NCBI GenBank assembly: GCA_021800275.1
Contig: JAJYZB010000003.1
Span: forward strand, 680-64,679
From: a bacterium
Lineage (GTDB): Bacteria > Vulcanimicrobiota > JABDET01
Direction of reading: 5' to 3'
Length of the DNA: 64,000 bases
The notes under the pieces: generated by a model
Seen by the model: only the letters and a program-made list of their open reading frames with translations
Databases searched by the model: none
What the model was told of the DNA's origin: nothing
Part shown: positions 59,382 to 64,000 of the stretch, piece by piece
Position numbering within the stretch: position 1 is the first letter of the stretch
Layout of the letters: the number at the start of each line of letters is the position of its first letter
Made by a program: the position numbers and the translations under genes

Positions 59382-60689
59382 TCAGTTTTTCAATCTTCCC
59401 AGGAGAGATGCTCTCTCCCTAGACAGCACAATCAGATGCTCTGTTTTCATTCGGTTGTCAGAAATTCCAGTGGCGGGATTAGTTTTGTATAAAAACATGG
59501 AACGGGAAACAATGGTGTCAACCAGAGTGATTTCATGTTTCCAGCCCAAAGAAGTGAAATGCTCGCGGAAAATCTGGCTCATTGGAATGGCATTTCCTCT
59601 GACATTGGCAGGTCCCACAAAAAGCAGCAGATATTTTCTAATTTTTTCCTGGAGAGAATTCAAAATTCCAAAGACACCGTAAAAATACCGCTTAAACATT
59701 TTTTGCAGATGAGCCTCATCAATTCCATTTAAACATTCATCATACGTTGGAGAATGAATCTGGACAACGGGCACATCCCTATAAGGAATCTCTTTTTTCC
59801 CCAAATCCTTGATGAATTCTTCAGAATATCCCATCCAGAAAAGATCCATTTTGGTGGAACGAATATACTCTTGCGCTTGCAGATAAGGAGGAGACGTGAT
59901 GAGAATGTCAGACTCTTTCTCAGGGCTGGCTGCCAGCCCATCAACTGCTGATTGAATGACGCAGTCAACAGGTTGAGGATTTAAACTCTGATATTCTTTC
60001 AATTTCAATAAAATACTTAAATAGCCATTCCAGATCATTTTGTAAAAAATATTTTTCCAATCTTTCTCCAGCAGGGTTTCTATCCGTTTATCTGCCATTG
60101 GGGACCGAGACAATTTTAATCGTTTCTCGTCATTAAAAGAAAAATAATGGGTAGTCTTTAAAAGAGGAATAAGCAGCAGATTCTTAAGTCTCTGATCTTT
60201 CAACTGATGAAAATAGCCCCAGGCTTTTGAGAGCAGATCCAGACACTCTTCTGGATGCCAATAATTTAATGATCCCCAGTCAGGAACATAAGGTTTTGAA
60301 TTTTCCACCGCTTTTTTTAAATCAATCTTTTCTTCTTCTTGAGGGCTCATGACAGCAGCTGAATGGAAAAATTTTAAGAGAGGGTTTAAATCCCAGAGTT
60401 CATAAGGATTTCCGTAAATTCTTGAGACAATCCCGGTGGTTCCATATCCTGCAAATGGATCCATAATCCTCATTCCAGAAACCCCATACGTCTTCAAAGC
60501 ATAAGCAATAACTTGAGGTATGAATTTTGCGGGATACCTGTACAATCCGAAGGTAGCATAACTGGTAGAAGGAATCTCTGGGGAGAGGCTTCTAAAAAGG
60601 ACAGGAACTTCTTTAAAAGCAGGGTTCTCTAATAAAATCTCCTTTTGAGCAGGCTGCTGGGAAAAAGCCATTTGCGCTACTTTCATCAT
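59382..60689 (-). CDS. DNA methyltransferase (alpha-class amino-MTase; SPPY motif suggests N4-cytosine or N6-adenine)
   Basis: Motif I IMDPFAGYGTTGIV and motif IV ILITSPPYLQAQEY separated by a long putative TRD. Confidence 0.65.
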   Translation of the reverse strand: MMKVAQMAFSQQPAQKEILLENPAFKEVPVLFRSLSPEIPSTSYATFGLYRYPAKFIPQVIAYALKTYGVSGMRIMDPFAGYGTTGIVSRIYGNPYELWDLNPLLKFFHSAAVMSPQEEEKIDLKKAVENSKPYVPDWGSLNYWHPEECLDLLSKAWGYFHQLKDQRLKNLLLIPLLKTTHYFSFNDEKRLKLSRSPMADKRIETLLEKDWKNIFYKMIWNGYLSILLKLKEYQSLNPQPVDCVIQSAVDGLAASPEKESDILITSPPYLQAQEYIRSTKMDLFWMGYSEEFIKDLGKKEIPYRDVPVVQIHSPTYDECLNGIDEAHLQKMFKRYFYGVFGILNSLQEKIRKYLLLFVGPANVRGNAIPMSQIFREHFTSLGWKHEITLVDTIVSRSMFLYKTNPATGISDNRMKTEHLIVLSRERASLLGRLKN

Positions 60690-60861
60690 GGTTTAGATCA
60701 CCTCCTTGTGGATATTTGGAAACAGCCCTCCAGCCATGCCTGCGGGAAACCGCAGGCATGGACTTTTACGCTGCCTCTCAACGGAGAAACAATCCAATCT
60801 GACCCCTGCTGTGAGGCGGCGCCCCTTGAACCCTCTATTCAACTAATGTCTCTGCAGAACC

Positions 60862-61098
60862 TCACTCTGGAGGGCTGATCGTCTGCAGAGCTTCTTCAAA
60901 GGTCTGCTTCCATTCATTCAGCCGATCCGGGAAGATCAAAATTCGAGAGTTTGCCCAGTTCCCATCCGCGATTCGAGATTCGCTTAGAACCAGGTACTGA
61001 CTCCCGTTTTTTTCGGAGACCCGAACATCAATAAAATAGTTTCGGCTTTTCCCTCCCGAAATTCGTCGGGTGAAAAGCACTTTCCCATTTTCTGCCAT
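60862..61098 (-). CDS. DUF3276 family (bacterial PUR-alpha-like) nucleic-acid-binding protein
   Basis: FTRRISGGKSRNYFIDVRVSEKNGSQYLVLSESR...RILIFPDRLNEWKQTFEEAL matches the DUF3276 repeat pattern. Confidence 0.5.
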   Translation of the reverse strand: MAENGKVLFTRRISGGKSRNYFIDVRVSEKNGSQYLVLSESRIADGNWANSRILIFPDRLNEWKQTFEEALQTISPPE

Positions 61099-61269
61099 GA
61101 TTTTTCCTCCTTTCTTTCTGAAATACGCTTGCAGCTGTCAGAAGGGTGAGCAGAATGTCCATCCCCCTTCTGCAGCCAGAAGCAATTCATATTCTACAGC
61201 ATCCCCTGCAAAAAAGTGTCAAAAATGGGTATAAAGATAAACATCTAAAAAAATAAAATCCCTTGTCCA

Positions 61270-62304
61270 ATGAGAAAAAAAGAAGAATTTTTAAGATTTT
61301 TTTCGATGGCTTTAAGCGCTCTGCTTTCCGCAGGAGTCCCACTTTTAAAAAGCCTTCAGATTCTGGCAGCTCAGCAGGAAAGCGCAGCGTTTAAAAAAAC
61401 GCTGGAAGGGGTGGCAGAAAAAATCTCCCATGGAGAATCCCTGTCCAGAAGCATGGAACAGTATCCTTCCTATTTTCCTGGATTAATCACAGGACTTATC
61501 CTGATAGGAGAAAAAACAGGAACTCTTCCTCAAAATTTACAAAAAATAGCGAAAATCTGCGAAAAAAACCTGACACTGAAACTGAAAATGATTTCCGCTC
61601 TCACCTATCCTTTAATTTTATTTGGATTAACCATCCTTGGAACCATTTTATTAATAAAAGTTTTTGTCCCCCAGTTTGTTCCTGTTTTTGCGCAGAATCA
61701 AGGAGCCCTTCCATACCCGACCAGATTTCTGCTTTTTATTTCAAATCTTTTCTCTTCCTCTTTTTTCTGGATTTTTCTGCTCCTGCTGCTGGCATTTTCT
61801 ATTTTTCTGTACTCTTTGATTCAAGATTACAAAATTAATTTAGGCGCGATCCTGCTGTTTCTGCCTTTCATTCGAGAAATTGTTAAAAAAGGAACAGCCT
61901 GTCAAATAACCAGCACTCTATCTATCGCTTATTCTGCTGGTCTTCCTCTTTCAAAAGCTCTTGAACTGACAGCAGACATTCTAGATCATCCAACCTTTCA
62001 GGAGCTGATTCAGAACGCTCGATTGACTTTAATCAGAGGAGAAAAGCTTTCAAGCTTCTTTCTTGAAAATTCAAATTTGATCCCTTCTTATTTAGGACAC
62101 ATGATGGCTGCTGCTGAACAAACAGGAAGAGTGGATATTCTGATGACAAAGTGCACTAAAATTTTAGAAGAAGATCTCAGCTATCTTATGGACCAATTTT
62201 CCGCTCTTCTAGAACCTGGAATTTTAATTTTTATGGGTGGAATTGTAACTTTTATTATGCTGGCTGTTTTTCTCCCCATGTATGGGATACTTCATTCCAT
62301 CTAA
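61270..62304 (+). CDS. GspF/PilC/TadC-family secretion-system platform protein (compact, two T2SSF repeats)
   Basis: T2SSF repeat signatures (LSALLSAGVPLLKSLQILA...; STLSIAYSAGLPLSKALELTADIL...MMAAAEQTGRVD) with 3 TM segments. Confidence 0.6.
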   Translation: MRKKEEFLRFFSMALSALLSAGVPLLKSLQILAAQQESAAFKKTLEGVAEKISHGESLSRSMEQYPSYFPGLITGLILIGEKTGTLPQNLQKIAKICEKNLTLKLKMISALTYPLILFGLTILGTILLIKVFVPQFVPVFAQNQGALPYPTRFLLFISNLFSSSFFWIFLLLLLAFSIFLYSLIQDYKINLGAILLFLPFIREIVKKGTACQITSTLSIAYSAGLPLSKALELTADILDHPTFQELIQNARLTLIRGEKLSSFFLENSNLIPSYLGHMMAAAEQTGRVDILMTKCTKILEEDLSYLMDQFSALLEPGILIFMGGIVTFIMLAVFLPMYGILHSI

Positions 62305-62372
62305 AGAAAACTCATTCGTAAAAATACAACAAATAAAAGGGGAACTGCTGTTTTTTTTGAAACTGTTTCTGC

Positions 62373-64000
62373 ATGAAAAACTTACCTCTATTCCCAGAAG
62401 AGCCTCCAATTCCTGGAGCAGCACGAATTCCAGGAGCGATTTATAATCCAGGAAAGGGCTACTCTTTTACTGTTTGGGCTCCTTTTCTTGAAAAGGTGCA
62501 GGTTCACATTATTTCACCTGCCAATTCTTTTTACCCTATGCAGAAAGATGATTCAGGGTATTTTCACCTTTTTCTTGAAGACGCAAAACCAGGTTGGCTC
62601 TATCAATTTGCGCTAAACCGTGAAAAAGAGTACCCTGATCCCGCTTCTCGCTTGCAGCCTGAAGGGGTTCACGGACCCTCTCAAATTATTGATTTTAATT
62701 TCGAGTGGAAAGATAAAACCTGGAGAGGAATCCCTCTTGAAGATTACATTCTTTATGAACTTCATGTCGGAACCTTCAGCAGAGAGGGAACTTTTGAAGC
62801 CATTATTCCAAAACTCAAATACCTGAAAGATCTTGGGATTTCAGCCATTGAACTGATGCCAATTGCCCAGTTTCCAGGAGGAAGGAATTGGGGATATGAT
62901 GGGGTTTATCCTTATGCTGCTCAAAATACTTATGGAGGAGTTAAGGGATTAAAAAAACTGGTGAATGCCTGCCATCAAGCAGGATTAGCTGTCATTCTGG
63001 ATGTGGTTTACAATCATCTGGGACCCGAGGGAAATTACCTAGCTAATTTTGCTCCTTATTTTACCGATCATTATAAAACTCCCTGGGGGAAAGCGATCAA
63101 TTTTGATGGAGCTTACAGTGATGAAGTCCGTTATTATTTTATTCAAAATGCCCTTTACTGGATTAGGGACTGCCATTTAGATGGATTAAGATTGGATGCT
63201 CTTCATTCCATTGTAGATACGACAGCAAAACCATTTCTGGAAGAACTGGCTTCTGCTGTTCATGCAGAAGCTGAAAAACTAAACCGAAAAATTTATCTTT
63301 GGGCTGAAACCAGTTTAAATGATCCGAGATTAATTCTCCCAGTGGATAAAGGAGGATTTAATTTAGATGCGCAGTGGAATGATGATTTTCACCACTCCCT
63401 TCATACTTCTCTCACCCTAGAAAAAAACGGTTATTATGCTGATTTCCAAGGGATCCAAGACCTCGCAAAAGCTTTTCATCAAGGATATGTTTACACTGGG
63501 GAATATTCCCGTTTCAGGAAAAGGAAACATGGAAGATCCAGCAAACATATTCCCTTTAAAAAGTTTGTCGTTTTTTCTCAGAACCATGATCAGATAGGAA
63601 ACAGAATTTTAGGAGAGCGGCTGTCTCATCTGGTTCCATTTGAAAAACTAAAGTTAGCGGCTGCACTTGTTCTTCTTTCTCCTTTTATTCCTCTTTTCTT
63701 CATGGGGGAAGAATATGGAGAAACCGCTCCTTTTCAGTATTTTATCAGTCACCAGGATCCTGACTTAGTCCAGGCAGTAAGAAAGGGGAGAAAAGCTGAA
63801 TTCTCCTCATTTTCTTTTAAAGGAGAATTTCCAGATCCACAGCATGAAGAAACATTTCTAAAATGCAAATTGCATTTTGAACTTGCGGAAAAAGACAATC
63901 ATGCTGCACTCCTCAACTTTTACCGAAAAATGATACGCTTTAGAACAGAACATCTTCCTCTTAAAAAATTCCAAAAAACCGCCCAGAAAGTTTTCCTGCT
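62373..64000 (+). CDS. malto-oligosyltrehalose trehalohydrolase-like GH13 enzyme (TreZ-like), 5' part; continues past window end
   Basis: ATG at 62373; N-terminal CBM48-like region and GH13 catalytic motifs (DVVYNH, GLRLDALH, EYGETAPFQYF) in frame to the window edge. Confidence 0.75.
   Translation, partial: MKNLPLFPEEPPIPGAARIPGAIYNPGKGYSFTVWAPFLEKVQVHIISPANSFYPMQKDDSGYFHLFLEDAKPGWLYQFALNREKEYPDPASRLQPEGVHGPSQIIDFNFEWKDKTWRGIPLEDYILYELHVGTFSREGTFEAIIPKLKYLKDLGISAIELMPIAQFPGGRNWGYDGVYPYAAQNTYGGVKGLKKLVNACHQAGLAVILDVVYNHLGPEGNYLANFAPYFTDHYKTPWGKAINFDGAYSDEVRYYFIQNALYWIRDCHLDGLRLDALHSIVDTTAKPFLEELASAVHAEAEKLNRKIYLWAETSLNDPRLILPVDKGGFNLDAQWNDDFHHSLHTSLTLEKNGYYADFQGIQDLAKAFHQGYVYTGEYSRFRKRKHGRSSKHIPFKKFVVFSQNHDQIGNRILGERLSHLVPFEKLKLAAALVLLSPFIPLFFMGEEYGETAPFQYFISHQDPDLVQAVRKGRKAEFSSFSFKGEFPDPQHEETFLKCKLHFELAEKDNHAALLNFYRKMIRFRTEHLPLKKFQKTAQKVFL

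Noticed and set aside
61122-61168. Imperfect hairpin (CAGAAGGG ... CCCUUCUG with 17-nt loop) in the 61098-61270 intergenic region
   Set aside because: Stem interrupted by mismatches, no U-tract, lies between divergent genes; likely incidental or promoter-region symmetry.
1-64000. CRISPR arrays, rRNA or tRNA genes, transposases/integrases, prophage structural genes
   Set aside because: No regularly spaced direct repeats, no rRNA-like or cloverleaf/T-loop-containing segments, and no transposase/integrase-like ORFs were recognised on visual inspection. Absence is by eye only and should be confirmed with tRNAscan-SE/Infernal/ISfinder.

Overview
AT-rich (roughly 38-40% GC by eye) bacterial chromosomal segment with dense coding and short intergenic gaps; gene content suggests a Gram-negative-type, possibly host-associated or PVC-like organism, but I cannot place it taxonomically from sequence alone. 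I list 60 protein-coding genes, 2 gene remnants, 1 candidate ncRNA and 2 RNA hairpins. Housekeeping genes: NUDIX hydrolase, M14 carboxypeptidase, queA, gyrA, ispG, dGTPase, SEDS (RodA/FtsW), accC, pheST, and a treZ-like GH13 gene running off the 3' edge. Other identifiable blocks: (1) a sulfur-carrier cysteine-synthesis cluster with a CysM-like synthase, an embedded GabT-like aminotransferase, a JAMM protease and a ThiS/MoaD–E1–rhodanese fusion; (2) a polysaccharide/nucleotide-sugar cluster (HEAT protein, UDP-glucuronate-decarboxylase-like SDR, WecB/TagA glycosyltransferase, sugar-1-P nucleotidyltransferase); (3) a long minus-strand operon headed by a PduA/EutM-type microcompartment shell protein and a protein with an EutQ-N-like motif, followed by a BCCP-like protein lacking the biotinyl-lysine, accC, rodA and dgt; (4) decayed aromatic-pathway genes (TrpE/PabB fragment, intact TrpG/PabA, DAHP-synthase fragment); (5) a NarL-type two-component system and a STAS protein; (6) a class-III aminotransferase / aldehyde dehydrogenase / AI-2E transporter / aspartase-fumarase block; (7) a flagellar cluster (fliK-like, flhB-C-like, flgF, flgG, FlgJ-N-like, fliA); (8) a candidate peptide maturation/export module (RRE–M50 protease–HlyD fusion, GNAT, N-extended GspF-like protein) preceded by a GC-rich island that may be a structured RNA; (9) an accessory/defence region at ~48.4-61.1 kb with HicBA, MNT-HEPN, a Z1-domain NTPase with a small partner, an RM pair whose methylase carries a DCD/EVE-like reader domain, a second methylase and a DUF3276 protein. 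No rRNA, tRNA, CRISPR array or transposase was seen by eye. Many short ORFs in the track are antisense or overlapping and are treated as spurious. All family assignments rest on motif recognition in the translated ORFs; no database search was possible.
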